The notes beneath the pieces are model-generated. The model was given only the letters and a program-made list of their open reading frames with translations, ran no database searches and was not told where the DNA came from. The translations under genes were made by a program, and so were the position numbers. 43,117 nt of DNA from Filifactoraceae bacterium (lineage in GTDB: Bacteria > Bacillota > Clostridia > Peptostreptococcales > Filifactoraceae). Positions 34,051 through 43,117 of this stretch are shown here, piece by piece (position 1 is the stretch's first letter; every line of letters begins with the position of its first letter). The stretch spans positions 1 to 43,117 of the forward strand of contig JBHBDS010000036.1 of NCBI GenBank assembly GCA_041784625.1. The letters run 5' to 3'.

Positions 34051-34269
34051 TTGTCTATGCGTGACTTTGCCCTCTGTTTGTGGTATTCTAATAGTGGAAT
34101 TATGAGGTGGAAAAAATTTCACTTTGTCCTAGATGAAATTTTTGAATAAAAATATTTGGGCACAAGAGGGAAGCATATTCGTTTCATTGCCAAAATTATT
34201 TTTTCTAAATGATATTGGTGATGAATGATATAGACGTAATAATAGATGAAAAAATAAGAGGTTTTGTAT

Positions 34270-34512
34270 ATGAGATTAGATAAATTTTTGAAAGTATCGA
34301 GAATCATCAAAAGACGTACCGTGGCAAAGGACGCTTCGGATTCTGGGGTGGTTTTGATTAATGGAAAAGAGGCGAAGGCTTCATCAAAGGTTAAGGTTGG
34401 AGACATTTTGGAGATCACTTTTGGCAATCGCATCGTGAAGGTGCGTGTTGAGCAGCTATTGGAGAGCACAAAGAAAGAAGATGCTGAGCTGATGTATACG
34501 ATGCTTGATTAA
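34270..34512 (+). CDS. S4-domain RNA-binding protein (YabO/RqcP/Hsp15-like)
   Basis: MRLDKFLKVSRIIKRRTVAKDASDSGVVLINGKEAKASSKVKVGDILEI is an S4 alpha-L motif. The size and position upstream of divIC match B. subtilis yabO. Confidence 0.75.
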   Translation: MRLDKFLKVSRIIKRRTVAKDASDSGVVLINGKEAKASSKVKVGDILEITFGNRIVKVRVEQLLESTKKEDAELMYTMLD

Positions 34513-34519
34513 TGAGGGG

Positions 34520-34882
34520 ATGATGGAGAATAAGTTTTTGGAAGAGAGAAAGTCGATAATTGCTGATGAGCAATCGGAAGTGGAATCGCTGAAAGATCGA
34601 AAAAAATCTTTTCAGTGGTCTAAAAGAAGGATCGTTGCGCTCATCATGGCTTTTTTGTTTGTGTATCTGAGCACAGTATTAATTTCAAATTTTGTGACGA
34701 TTCGTCGATTCGAAAAAGAAAATCAGCTGTTGGAAGAGCAACTTGCCGCAGCGGAGGCGGAGATCAAGGAGCTTAGCTCAATCATCGAAAATGCAGAGGA
34801 TCCTGCTTTTATTGAGAAGATGGCGAGAGAAAAACTCAAAATGGTTCGACCAGATGAGACAGTATATTTTGTGGTGAAGTAG
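34520..34882 (+). CDS. divIC: Septum formation initiator DivIC/FtsB
   Basis: One TM segment (IVALIMAFLFVYLSTVLISNFV), a leucine-zipper-like coiled-coil, and the C-terminal IEKMAREKLKMVRPDETVY motif typical of DivIC/FtsB. The start is ATG 34520 or 34523 (track: 34505). Confidence 0.8.
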   Translation: MMENKFLEERKSIIADEQSEVESLKDRKKSFQWSKRRIVALIMAFLFVYLSTVLISNFVTIRRFEKENQLLEEQLAAAEAEIKELSSIIENAEDPAFIEKMAREKLKMVRPDETVYFVVK

Positions 34883-34890
34883 GAGGAAAA

Positions 34891-35805
34891 ATGAAGGTTG
34901 CAGGAATTGACATTGGAACAAATTCGATGAGACTGCTTCTTGCGGATTATTCGGCGAAAGAAGATGGCTACAGTGATTTTGGGAATCGGCAAAAAGAAAC
35001 CAAAATCACGAGAATGGGTCGAGGAGTCGATGCAAATCGAATGATTGAACCAGAAACCTTTGCGTACAACTTGGATTCTTTCGAGCATTTTGTGAATCAA
35101 GCAAAGGAAAAAGAAGCAGAAAAGATTTTTGCAATCGGAACTTCTGCACTTCGGGATGCAAAAAATGGCGATATATTTGTTGAAGAGGCGGAGAAGCATA
35201 CGGGAATAAAAATTGACATTATCTCTGGAGCGCTGGAGGCAGAGCTTGGGTTCTACGGTGTGTCGCAAGGCGTTCGTGAAAATGGCCGAATTCTTATCAT
35301 CGACATCGGTGGCGGATCGACAGAATTTGTTGTCGGCTCACAGATCGAGGGAATTATTTTCAAGAAAAGTGTCGATGTGGGTGCCGTGCGAATGACGGAT
35401 CAGTTTGGCGAGGATCTTGGCAAAATGCGTCAGTATGTTTTTGAGCAGATTCAGACGATGCATGATTTGGTCGAGCGTTTTTCGGTAAAAAAAATTGTCG
35501 GTATCGGTGGTACGATCAGTACGGTATCCGCAATCAATCTTTGCTTGGCTCGATATGATTCCGACAAGGTGCACAACAGCCAAGTGTCCATTCAGCAGGC
35601 GGATTGCATTTTGAAATCGCTCTGTAGTCTCAGTCTTGATGAGCGAAAAAAAGTCGTCGGACTACAGCCAGAGCGTGCGGATATTATTGTTGCGGGCGTA
35701 AATATTTTGCTCGAGATTATGGACAAACTCCATTTTTCGGAAATAACCGTGAGTGAATATGACAATTTGGAGGGACTGATTTACTACTATCTAAAGGATG
35801 AATAG
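34891..35805 (+). CDS. Ppx/GppA-family phosphatase (exopolyphosphatase / pppGpp phosphohydrolase type)
   Basis: ASKHA-fold motifs are present: GIDIGTNSMRLLLA, IIDIGGGSTEF and GIGGTISTV. The RBS is AGGAGGA. Confidence 0.8.
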   Translation: MKVAGIDIGTNSMRLLLADYSAKEDGYSDFGNRQKETKITRMGRGVDANRMIEPETFAYNLDSFEHFVNQAKEKEAEKIFAIGTSALRDAKNGDIFVEEAEKHTGIKIDIISGALEAELGFYGVSQGVRENGRILIIDIGGGSTEFVVGSQIEGIIFKKSVDVGAVRMTDQFGEDLGKMRQYVFEQIQTMHDLVERFSVKKIVGIGGTISTVSAINLCLARYDSDKVHNSQVSIQQADCILKSLCSLSLDERKKVVGLQPERADIIVAGVNILLEIMDKLHFSEITVSEYDNLEGLIYYYLKDE

Positions 35806-35976
35806 ATAAAATGCAGCTGATAATGCAAATGCGTGATATGGCTCGAGAATTAACTGGAACTCAAAAATAGAAAAAACATTAATAGAGATGTATTTTTGTA
35901 TAAACTCGAGTGATGCATAATTTTGCTCGAGCGAAAAGAAATATTGCTAAACTAAAAAACAAACACAGGACAAATT

Positions 35977-37209
35977 ATGAACAATAATTTTGATGTAATC
36001 GTCGTGGGCGGCGGACCAGCGGGGATGATTGCAGCGATTCAATCTGCAAATTTTGGCGCAAAAGTGGCGCTGATGGAGAAGAACGGCTCACTCGGCAAAA
36101 AGCTTGCGATCACAGCTGGTGGTCGCTGCAATTTGACGAGCAAAATTCCAATAGAAGATTTTTTTGACAAGATTCCATGCAATGCAAAATTCCTCTATAA
36201 ATCCTTTCGAAAGTTTTCGAATGAGGATTTGGTGGAATTTTTTCGCATCCAAGGAATAAAGTTTCATGCAGAAGGAGATAAAATTTATCCATCGACCAAT
36301 GATTCCAAAACAATCATCAGCGCACTGGAAAGAATGCTCACACAAAAGAACGTAGCGATCATCCATCACTGCGAGATGAATGCACTGGATGGCTCGGTCG
36401 AAAATGGCTTTTTTCTTCGAACTAATCGAGGAAGCTATTCGGCGCAAAGAATCATTCTTGCTACTGGCGGCTATAGTTTTCCATCAACAGGGTCGGATGG
36501 CAGCGTGCAAGAGTTTTTGTCCAGCAGAGCAATTGAGGTCAAAAAACCTCTGCCATCGCTGGTGAGAATCCATTCCAACGCAAAATGGATTACGGAGTCT
36601 TCGGGAATATCGCTTGATAATGCGGTGCTGACATTATTTGTATCAGAAAAGAAGAAAAAATCGTTGCAAGGGCAACTTTTATTCACCCATTCTGGCGTGA
36701 GTGGGCCTGTTGCGATGAATTTGACGGCATATTTTACAGAAGAAAAGTTATCTGATGTTCGTATTGTTGCAGATTTTGTGCCAGAGCTAAGCGAGGAGGA
36801 AATTGCAAAAATTCTTCGAGAATCACCGAGCAAAGGGATTGAAAACAAACTTTCGAGATATTTGCCGAAGAATTTGCTTAAGAATATTTTTGCGGATATT
36901 GGCGCAGTCGATTTTCATAATATCAAAAAGGGTGAGCTCTCTCAGCTGATTAAGCGACTCAAGGAAGTGAGTATTCCGATCACAGGTATCGGCGGTATCA
37001 AAGAAGCGATAGTCACAAGAGGTGGAGTTTCGATCAAGGAAATCAACCCAGCGACGATGGAGCTCAGAAAACTCGCAGGAGTGTATGTAGCAGGCGAGAT
37101 GATCGATGTGGATGCGCAGACGGGCGGATATAATTTGCAGATTGCATTTTCAACAGGATTTTTATCAGGAGAAATGGCAGCAAAAAGTCTAGCGGAAACC
37201 TTGAATTAA
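35977..37209 (+). CDS. NAD(P)/FAD-dependent oxidoreductase, HI0933/YhiN (BaiN-like) family
   Basis: Carries DVIVVGGGPAGMIAA, a dinucleotide-binding motif. It also has ITAGGRCNLT and the C-terminal GVYVAGEMIDVDAQTGGYNLQIAFSTG, typical of the HI0933-like family. Confidence 0.8.
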   Translation: MNNNFDVIVVGGGPAGMIAAIQSANFGAKVALMEKNGSLGKKLAITAGGRCNLTSKIPIEDFFDKIPCNAKFLYKSFRKFSNEDLVEFFRIQGIKFHAEGDKIYPSTNDSKTIISALERMLTQKNVAIIHHCEMNALDGSVENGFFLRTNRGSYSAQRIILATGGYSFPSTGSDGSVQEFLSSRAIEVKKPLPSLVRIHSNAKWITESSGISLDNAVLTLFVSEKKKKSLQGQLLFTHSGVSGPVAMNLTAYFTEEKLSDVRIVADFVPELSEEEIAKILRESPSKGIENKLSRYLPKNLLKNIFADIGAVDFHNIKKGELSQLIKRLKEVSIPITGIGGIKEAIVTRGGVSIKEINPATMELRKLAGVYVAGEMIDVDAQTGGYNLQIAFSTGFLSGEMAAKSLAETLN

Positions 37210-37257
37210 TCGACGATCGAATAAAACGGACTTGACAAACGAATCCAACAAAAATAG

Positions 37258-37286
37258 TTGACATTTTGGAAGAATAAACGTAAAAT
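37258..37286 (+). promoter_or_regulatory. Candidate sigma-A promoter for potABCD (TTGACA-17-TAAAAT)
   Basis: TTGACA lies at 37258-37263 and TAAAAT at 37281-37286. This leaves a ~165-nt leader before potA. Confidence 0.55.
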
Positions 37287-37456
37287 AAAGTTTTGTAAGC
37301 ATAAAAATTTTTCTTGCGATTCATTTCGGAATTGCAAAAAAATTTTTGTCTTTTGAACCCTGTATTTGCAATGGGTTTCTAAATACGTGATGTTTTGTAC
37401 CGCGTTTTGTTTAATCGCAGGGGCGATTAAAATTTTTAGGAAGAAGTCGGAGGAAA

Positions 37457-38527
37457 ATGATGGACAAAACCCTGATTGAGTTGATCAATGTGAATAAGAT
37501 TTTTGAAGATGATGGGAAACAGGTTTTAGATAATATTAATCTTGAGATTAAGGAAAAAGAATTTGTTACATTACTCGGCCCGTCTGGTTGCGGAAAAACC
37601 ACGACATTGAGATTGATTGGGGGATTTACGAATCATACATCTGGAGAAGTTCTCTTTGATGGAGAGGACATCAGTAAACTTCCGCCGTACAAAAGACAAA
37701 TCAATACCGTTTTTCAGAAATATGCATTGTTTCCACATTTGAATGTTTATGAAAATATTGCATTTGGACTTCGTATCAAAAAGATGGACGAAGAGACGAT
37801 CAAGCAAAAGGTCAAGAAAATGCTCAAACTAGTGAACCTCTCGGGCTTTGAAAGCAGAGGCGTACAGTCATTATCGGGAGGACAACAACAGCGAATCGCC
37901 ATCGCAAGAGCGGTTATCAATGAGCCGAAGGTACTTTTGCTGGACGAACCACTCGGTGCATTGGACCTTAAGCTTCGCAAGGATATGCAATATGAGCTCA
38001 AGACGATGCAGCAGGAGCTTGGCATTACATTTATTTATGTAACGCATGACCAAGAAGAGGCGCTGACGATGTCGGATCGTATCGTCGTAATGAATGAAGG
38101 ACGAATCCAACAAATTGGCAGTCCAGTTGATATTTACAACGAGCCAATCAACCGTTTTGTTGCCGATTTTATCGGAGAAAGCAATATTTTTTCTGGCGTG
38201 ATGATTGACGACTATCGCTCGCTCATCAACGATGTGGAATTTGAGTGTGTGGACAAAGGCTTTGACAAAAATGAGCAAGTGGACATTGTCATTCGACCAG
38301 AGGATGTGGTGATCATCCCAGCGGAGGGTGCAAAAATCAAAGGCCTTGTCACCGATGTCATGTTCAAAGGGGTGCATTATGAAATTATTGTCGTCGATGA
38401 GTATGACAATAAAGAATGGATGATTCATTCTATCAATGATGCCAAAGTAGACACGGTTGTGGGACTCACCTTTGAGCCAGAAGCAATTCATATTATGAAA
38501 AAGGGGGACACCTCTATTGAACAATAA
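37457..38527 (+). CDS. potA: Spermidine/putrescine ABC transporter ATP-binding protein
   Basis: Walker A is GPSGCGKTT, the signature is LSGGQQQR, and Walker B is LLLDEP. A C-terminal TOBE-like domain is present. ATG 37457 or 37460 follows GGAGG. Confidence 0.88.
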   Translation: MMDKTLIELINVNKIFEDDGKQVLDNINLEIKEKEFVTLLGPSGCGKTTTLRLIGGFTNHTSGEVLFDGEDISKLPPYKRQINTVFQKYALFPHLNVYENIAFGLRIKKMDEETIKQKVKKMLKLVNLSGFESRGVQSLSGGQQQRIAIARAVINEPKVLLLDEPLGALDLKLRKDMQYELKTMQQELGITFIYVTHDQEEALTMSDRIVVMNEGRIQQIGSPVDIYNEPINRFVADFIGESNIFSGVMIDDYRSLINDVEFECVDKGFDKNEQVDIVIRPEDVVIIPAEGAKIKGLVTDVMFKGVHYEIIVVDEYDNKEWMIHSINDAKVDTVVGLTFEPEAIHIMKKGDTSIEQ

Positions 38528-39362
38528 GAAAAATCGTTTAGCGATTCCATATATTCTTTGGTCCATCATTTTTACTGTTGTGCCATTGATTATCATTTTG
38601 ATTTACTCTTTTACAAAAAGAGATGCTTTTGGAAATATTGTCTACGAATTTACGACGGACAATTACAAAAATTTCTTCACGCCGATTTATCTCAACGTAC
38701 TATGGCGTTCGGTGAAGTTGTCGGTTTACAGTACGGTTTTGTGCCTTTTGATCGGCTATCCGATGGCGTTTATCATTTCTCGAGCAAAAGGGATAAAGCA
38801 AAGCTTGATGGCGATGCTCTTTGTCGTCCCGCTTTGGACCAATTTTTTGCTCCGAACTTATGCGTGGATGGGACTATTGCGCGATCAGGGGATCATCAAC
38901 GAAGTGCTCATCAAATTAGGAATCATTGCTGAGCCAATCCAGATGCTCTACACCAACGGAGCAGTCATTCTCGGGATGGTCTACAACTTCTTGCCATTCA
39001 TGGTGCTTCCGATTTATTCGGTGCTCGTGAAGATGGACAAAAGTTTGATCGAAGCAGCGAGAGACCTCGGCGCAAATGAATTCAAAGTATTCAAGAATGT
39101 GATTTTTCCGCTGAGTTTTCCTGGCGTTGCAACAGGAATCATCATGGTGTTTATGCCTGCGGTCTCGACCTTTGTTATTTCAGACTTGCTCGGAGGCGGA
39201 CAGACGATTTTGCTCGGCAACCTCATTCAGAATCAATTCATCGGAGCGAGAAACTGGCAGTTTGGTTCTGCGGTGTCCGTGCTGATGATGATTATGCTCA
39301 TCGTGTCGATGACTTACTTTGCGAAAAATAGTTCCAAAGAAGGAGGTGGCAAGCTGTGGTAA
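38517..39362 (+). CDS. potB: Spermidine/putrescine ABC transporter permease PotB
   Basis: Six-TM permease with an EAA-like loop ([21 protein letters not shown]). Its TTG start overlaps the potA 3' end. Confidence 0.8.
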   Translation: MNNKKNRLAIPYILWSIIFTVVPLIIILIYSFTKRDAFGNIVYEFTTDNYKNFFTPIYLNVLWRSVKLSVYSTVLCLLIGYPMAFIISRAKGIKQSLMAMLFVVPLWTNFLLRTYAWMGLLRDQGIINEVLIKLGIIAEPIQMLYTNGAVILGMVYNFLPFMVLPIYSVLVKMDKSLIEAARDLGANEFKVFKNVIFPLSFPGVATGIIMVFMPAVSTFVISDLLGGGQTILLGNLIQNQFIGARNWQFGSAVSVLMMIMLIVSMTYFAKNSSKEGGGKLW

Positions 39363-40171
39363 AATTCAAAAAGTCACTTTCTCTCATTTATAGTTTCTTG
39401 ATTTATGCTTTTTTGTATGTGCCAATCGTTGTGCTGATTGTATTTTCGTTCAACGATTCCAAATATCGAGGAAACTGGAATGGATTTACTTTTCGATGGT
39501 ATCAGGATTTGTTTTCGGATCCAGAAATCCTAATGGTTATTAACACGACGTTGATTGTGGCATTTGTTTCGTCGCTGCTTGCTACGATTATTGGGACTAT
39601 CACCGCCATTGGAATCGATAAGCTCAAGCCAAAATACAAGGCGCTATTCATCAACCTGAGCTACATTCCAATGATTAGCCCAGACATCGTAATCGGGATT
39701 TCGCTGCTTACGCTCTTTGTAATGGTGAAATTGCCGCAAGGGATGCTGACGCTCGTGTTGGCGCATATTACGTTTAACATTCCATATGTAATCTTTGCAG
39801 TCCTGCCAAAACTTCAGCAGCTTGATCCGCATTTGGAAGAGGCAGCGCTGGATCTTGGCGCAACACCATCGCAGGCGTTTTGGAAAATTATTTTTCCAGA
39901 GATTATCCCAGGGATTTTGACAGGGGCATTGCTTGCATTTACCATGTCACTCGATGATTTTATCGTCAGCTTCTTTACGACTGGCTCGGGAGTGACGACA
40001 TTGTCTATCAAAATTTACTCGATGACTAAGCGTGGAGTCAGCCCGATGATCAATGCGCTGTCGAGCATCTTATTTTTGGTATCAATCGCCATTGTTTTGG
40101 GGATTCAATACAAGCAGTATCGTGAGGACGAAAAGAAAAAAGAAGAGCTTCGTCTATTGCGAAACGAATAA
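39356..40171 (+). CDS. potC: Spermidine/putrescine ABC transporter permease PotC
   Basis: Six-TM permease with an EAA loop (EEAALDLGATPSQAFWKIIFP). Its GTG start overlaps the potB stop. Confidence 0.8.
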   Translation: MVKFKKSLSLIYSFLIYAFLYVPIVVLIVFSFNDSKYRGNWNGFTFRWYQDLFSDPEILMVINTTLIVAFVSSLLATIIGTITAIGIDKLKPKYKALFINLSYIPMISPDIVIGISLLTLFVMVKLPQGMLTLVLAHITFNIPYVIFAVLPKLQQLDPHLEEAALDLGATPSQAFWKIIFPEIIPGILTGALLAFTMSLDDFIVSFFTTGSGVTTLSIKIYSMTKRGVSPMINALSSILFLVSIAIVLGIQYKQYREDEKKKEELRLLRNE

Positions 40172-40200
40172 TTTTTTTGGAGAAAAGGAGAATTGGAGAA

Positions 40201-41238
40201 TTGAAAAAAATCATTACAGGTGTTCTTTTGATGTGTCTTGTGTTTTTGCTTGCGGGTTGCGGAAGCTCCTCTGGAAAAACCGTCTTAAATGTGTATAATT
40301 GGGGAGATTACATTGAAGAATCCGTGATTCGTGAATTCGAGAAAGAATTTGATGTAAAAGTGAATTACGAAGAGTATGCAAACAACGAAGAAATGCTTGC
40401 AAAAATCAAAACTGGCGGAACCGCATACGATATTATTTTCCCATCGGAATATATGATTGAGTATATGATTGCAGCGGATATGTTAAATGAACTGGATTAT
40501 TCCAAACTGCCAAACTACTCAAATATTGACGAGCGTTTCAAAAATCTTGCGTACGATCCAGATAACAAGCATTCCGTGCCATATATGTGGGGAACGATGG
40601 GAATCGTGTACAATAAAAATATGGTGACAGAAACCGTGGATTCGTGGGATATGCTATGGAATGAAAAATATGCTGGAAAAATTCTGATGCTCGATTCATC
40701 GAGAGATTCTCTAGTGCCTGCGCTAAAAAAATTGGGATATTCCATCAATACACAAAATATTGATGAACTCAATGCAGCAAGAGATGAGCTCATTGCGCAA
40801 AAACCGCTGGTAAGAGCGTACGAAGTCGACACATACAAAGATCAAATGATCGCAGAAGAAGGGGCGATGGCGCTCACTTGGGCAGGCGATGCTTATCTAC
40901 TCATATCAGAGAATGAAAATCTTGATTTTGCGATTCCAAAAGAAGGAACGAATCTTTTCTTTGATGGGATTGCAATTCCAAAAACTTCTCAAAATGTCGA
41001 TCTTGCACACGAATTTATCAACTTTATGATGAGAGCGGAAATTGCAGCGGCAAACTCGGATTATATTAAATACTCTTCACCAAATGCAGAAGCGGTGAAA
41101 TTGCTTCCAGAAGAGGATCGCAATAACCAAGGGATGTATCCACAAGGAGACATTATGTCGCTTGGCGAAGTGTTCCTTGATATGGGCGAGTTTACGGTAG
41201 AATACGATCGAGTATGGACAGAGATCAAAGCGTCTTAG
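40201..41238 (+). CDS. potD: Spermidine/putrescine-binding lipoprotein PotD
   Basis: The lipobox LLAGC follows a signal peptide (KKIITGVLLMCLVFLLAGCGSSSG). The PotD-like motifs NVYNWGDYI and VPYMWGTMGIVYN are present. The start is TTG 40201 (after AAGGAG) or TTG 40177 (track). Confidence 0.82.
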   Translation: MKKIITGVLLMCLVFLLAGCGSSSGKTVLNVYNWGDYIEESVIREFEKEFDVKVNYEEYANNEEMLAKIKTGGTAYDIIFPSEYMIEYMIAADMLNELDYSKLPNYSNIDERFKNLAYDPDNKHSVPYMWGTMGIVYNKNMVTETVDSWDMLWNEKYAGKILMLDSSRDSLVPALKKLGYSINTQNIDELNAARDELIAQKPLVRAYEVDTYKDQMIAEEGAMALTWAGDAYLLISENENLDFAIPKEGTNLFFDGIAIPKTSQNVDLAHEFINFMMRAEIAAANSDYIKYSSPNAEAVKLLPEEDRNNQGMYPQGDIMSLGEVFLDMGEFTVEYDRVWTEIKAS

Positions 41239-41351
41239 TTAGAGGAATTTTGCGTAAAAAATTTCTGTGTTGAAAAAAACGACACAAATGTTGTTTGATT
41301 TTATAGGACAAACAAATCATTTGAGGAAATATTCCTTCGAATAATATAAAG

Positions 41352-41412
41352 AAAAGCTAGATTTTCAAAAAAGATTGCTGAATTATTGCGATCTTTCGAG
41401 AATCTAGCTTTT
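41352..41412. terminator. Long nested inverted repeat (15-bp outer plus 9-bp inner stem) between convergent potD and the SLH gene; probable bidirectional terminator
   Basis: The outer arms are 41352-41366 and 41398-41412 (AAAAGCTAGATTTTC / GAGAATCTAGCTTTT, with one G-U pair). The inner stem is 41370-41378 / 41388-41396. T-rich sequence follows. Confidence 0.6.
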
Positions 41413-41556
41413 GTTTGATCTAAAGTTTGCCCTATGAATAGTATTCGAAATTTTTTATGTGAAATGAAGCGATGTCATCACAAATTCAGACAGAGTAATT
41501 TTTGTTTTTTGAAAAAATCTCGAATCTTGATTTACCAAGTTTGAACTTTTTTGGAA

Positions 41557-43117
41557 TTACATTATTTTTTTGACCAATCGATGGAGCATCGCAGCAAATT
41601 CTGCTCGAGTTGCTCTGCCGCTTGGGTCGAGAAGATGATTTGATTTACCGCCGATGATTCCGTTGCCAACTGCCCACTGAACCGCTTCCAGATTTTGCGC
41701 TGAGATTTTGTTTTTGTCACGGAATTGGGACAAATCACTTGCTACATTGCTATATCCTTTGAGCGTCGCATATCGATACAATATGCTGGCGATTTGTTCT
41801 CGAGACAGTGTTGCATAGAGATCGATTTTTTCACTTGAGCTGCCAAGAATCTTATTATCCACCATCCATTCGACGGCATCGATGTACCATAGCTCAGTTT
41901 CCTTTTTTAGGATAAGAATATTGCTTTGTGAAGCTGGAAGATTGTTTAGCTGTAGCAATGCGCCCGCAACGGTAGCATAAGTCGTCGATCCTTGTGGGTC
42001 AAAGGAATTTTCTTTTGTTGGAGCGATCAAACTATTTTCATATGCAAAATACACATCGTAGAAATACCAACGACTTGCATTCACATCGACCAGATCGATG
42101 TTAGAAAGCGGGGTTTTCTCGTCGCGAATCATTTCGCTGTTTGTTGGTCTGACAGAACTTGGTGAGTATTGATTGCTAGAGCCCGACAAGCCAGAATTGT
42201 TTGAGCCAGAGTTATTGTTTCCACTGTTCGAACCCGAATTGCCTCCGCCGCCCTGTGATGGATTGTCATTTGGGTTCGATGAATTGGATTCTGGAAGCGC
42301 CACTGCGACTGGAGACAGCGAGTCCAGGGTGAAAAACACTTTGCCATCTTCTACGAGTAGAGGAATGGTTTCGAGCTCTCCGTCTTTACAATGGAGAACC
42401 GAAACATTTTGTCCGTTATACTTCGGGTCAATTGGAATCGCTACCGTAATTTTTCCTGTGAAATTTCCTTTTCGGACATGGATTCCGTGAAGTGATAATA
42501 ACAATTCTTTTCCCATGGAAGAATGAATTGCGTCGCATGCTTTGCAAGTTCCTTTTGGGTGGATAGAGCCTTCAATTGCTTCGATTTCTGCATCTGGAGT
42601 AATTTGTCCTTGGATCGAAATATTGGTGACGGAATCGATTAAACTTCGCTGGATATGACCGCTATCTGCAACAAAAGAACTTTCTTTGTTCAATGACATC
42701 TCATTTCCTGCAAGGTCTTTGAATTTTGAAACTTCGACCAAATAAAATCGACCAGGCACAAGATTGGAATAGGCTAGATTTAATATTTTGTTATCGTCTT
42801 CCCATCTTGCGGATTGGAGAGAGAGATCAATATCGCCATCTTTATGTAGAAAACGAACCGAGCCAGCATTTTCTCCAGCTGAAATATCGATTGGCTCGCT
42901 AAAGTCAATTGTTGCATCACCACTTAGTGGGACATTTTCTCCAGCGGGCTCTCTTACGCTCGCTGTTGGCGCAGTAACATCAGCAGCAGGGTTATGTGCT
43001 CGATCGCCAATCCATGAATGAGTGGCTATATCGATCCCCATTGGGAGTTTCGTTTCGACTGTTTTTTGGATTGAAACTACTATTGCATTTTCGAAATCCG
43101 CTGCACCGATATTATCA
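41557..43117 (-). CDS. Cell-wall-anchored surface protein with three C-terminal SLH domains (5' end outside the window)
   Basis: The frame stays open from 43041 to the window edge (DNIGAADFENAIVVSIQKTVETKLPMGID...). The N-terminal part looks Ig-like. A Gly/Ser/Asn-rich linker is present (NPSQGGGGNSGSNSGNNNSGSNNSGLSGSS). There are three SLH-like repeats (LVDVNASRWYFYDV..., ...WYIDAVEWMVDNKIL...SREQIASILYRYA, FRDKNKIS...AVQWAVGNGIIGG...RATRAEFAAMLHRLV). Confidence 0.75.
   Translation of the reverse strand, partial: DNIGAADFENAIVVSIQKTVETKLPMGIDIATHSWIGDRAHNPAADVTAPTASVREPAGENVPLSGDATIDFSEPIDISAGENAGSVRFLHKDGDIDLSLQSARWEDDNKILNLAYSNLVPGRFYLVEVSKFKDLAGNEMSLNKESSFVADSGHIQRSLIDSVTNISIQGQITPDAEIEAIEGSIHPKGTCKACDAIHSSMGKELLLSLHGIHVRKGNFTGKITVAIPIDPKYNGQNVSVLHCKDGELETIPLLVEDGKVFFTLDSLSPVAVALPESNSSNPNDNPSQGGGGNSGSNSGNNNSGSNNSGLSGSSNQYSPSSVRPTNSEMIRDEKTPLSNIDLVDVNASRWYFYDVYFAYENSLIAPTKENSFDPQGSTTYATVAGALLQLNNLPASQSNILILKKETELWYIDAVEWMVDNKILGSSSEKIDLYATLSREQIASILYRYATLKGYSNVASDLSQFRDKNKISAQNLEAVQWAVGNGIIGGKSNHLLDPSGRATRAEFAAMLHRLVKKIM

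Noticed and set aside
34723-35268. 181-aa ORF on the minus strand
   Set aside because: It is antisense to the divIC 3' end and the Ppx/GppA-family 5' region, both of which carry clear family motifs. It shows no motif or RBS of its own.
35842-35931. Three CTCGAG palindromes within 90 bp upstream of the YhiN-like gene (35842, 35905, 35926)
   Set aside because: A 6-bp palindrome occurring three times could be an operator set, but the flanks share no extended similarity. I cannot exclude chance, so no regulatory claim is made.
37871-38596. 241-aa ORF on the minus strand
   Set aside because: It is entirely antisense to the well-supported potA (Walker A/B and signature motifs on the plus strand). 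Its sequence is odd and low in information, with no RBS. This is the typical shadow ORF opposite an ABC ATPase gene.
1-43117. Search for mobile elements, prophage, toxin-antitoxin pairs, tRNA/rRNA genes
   Set aside because: No transposase, integrase or recombinase motifs were seen. No inverted terminal repeats flank any segment, and no cloverleaf-like or rRNA-like sequence appears in the short intergenic regions. The window looks like core chromosome throughout.

Overview
This is a 43.1-kb, AT-rich chromosomal core segment of a low-GC Gram-positive bacterium, coded almost entirely on the plus strand. spoIIGA-sigE-sigG is absent after ftsZ and yabP-yabQ is absent between the yabO-like gene and divIC. 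That argues (inference only) for a non-sporulating Clostridia/Tissierellia-like anaerobe.

Gene order:
- dcw cluster: ftsL, class B PBP with 2 PASTA domains, murF, mraY, murD, ftsW, murG, ftsQ/divIB, two DUF881 genes, sbp, ftsZ. No ftsA lies at its usual place.
- nrdR.
- A nine-gene, overlap-coupled operon. An SF1 (UvrD-like) helicase-type ATPase heads a type IV pilus/pseudopilus module: PilB/GspE ATPase, PilC/GspF platform, one unassignable ORF, PilN-like and PilO-like proteins, and three prepilin-like proteins.
- rpsO-pnp.
- A TetR regulator with a ~120-aa Lys/Ser/Thr/Pro-rich tail.
- A convergent iron-sulfur-flavoprotein-like gene on the minus strand.
- A divergent five-gene cassette: acyl-CoA synthetase, atypical KAS-III-like thiolase-fold enzyme, MaoC hot-dog hydratase, small membrane protein, sodium:solute symporter.
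- A secreted 12-NHL-repeat protein plus a possible 38-codon ORF.
- Two tandem DUF5684 membrane-protein paralogs, each with its own near-consensus promoter.
- yabO/rqcP-like S4 protein, divIC, a ppx/gppA-family gene, and an HI0933/YhiN-type flavoprotein.
- potABCD.
- A convergent SLH-domain cell-wall protein that runs off the window.

No rRNA, tRNA, CRISPR array, transposase or integrase was seen.

The main candidates for something new are the helicase-headed pilus-like operon and the acyl-CoA ligase/KAS-III-like/MaoC/symporter cassette. Also notable are a 15-bp tandem repeat array between the PBP gene and murF, and the basic low-complexity extensions on FtsL and the TetR regulator.

All family assignments come from motif recognition by eye. 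No database search was run.
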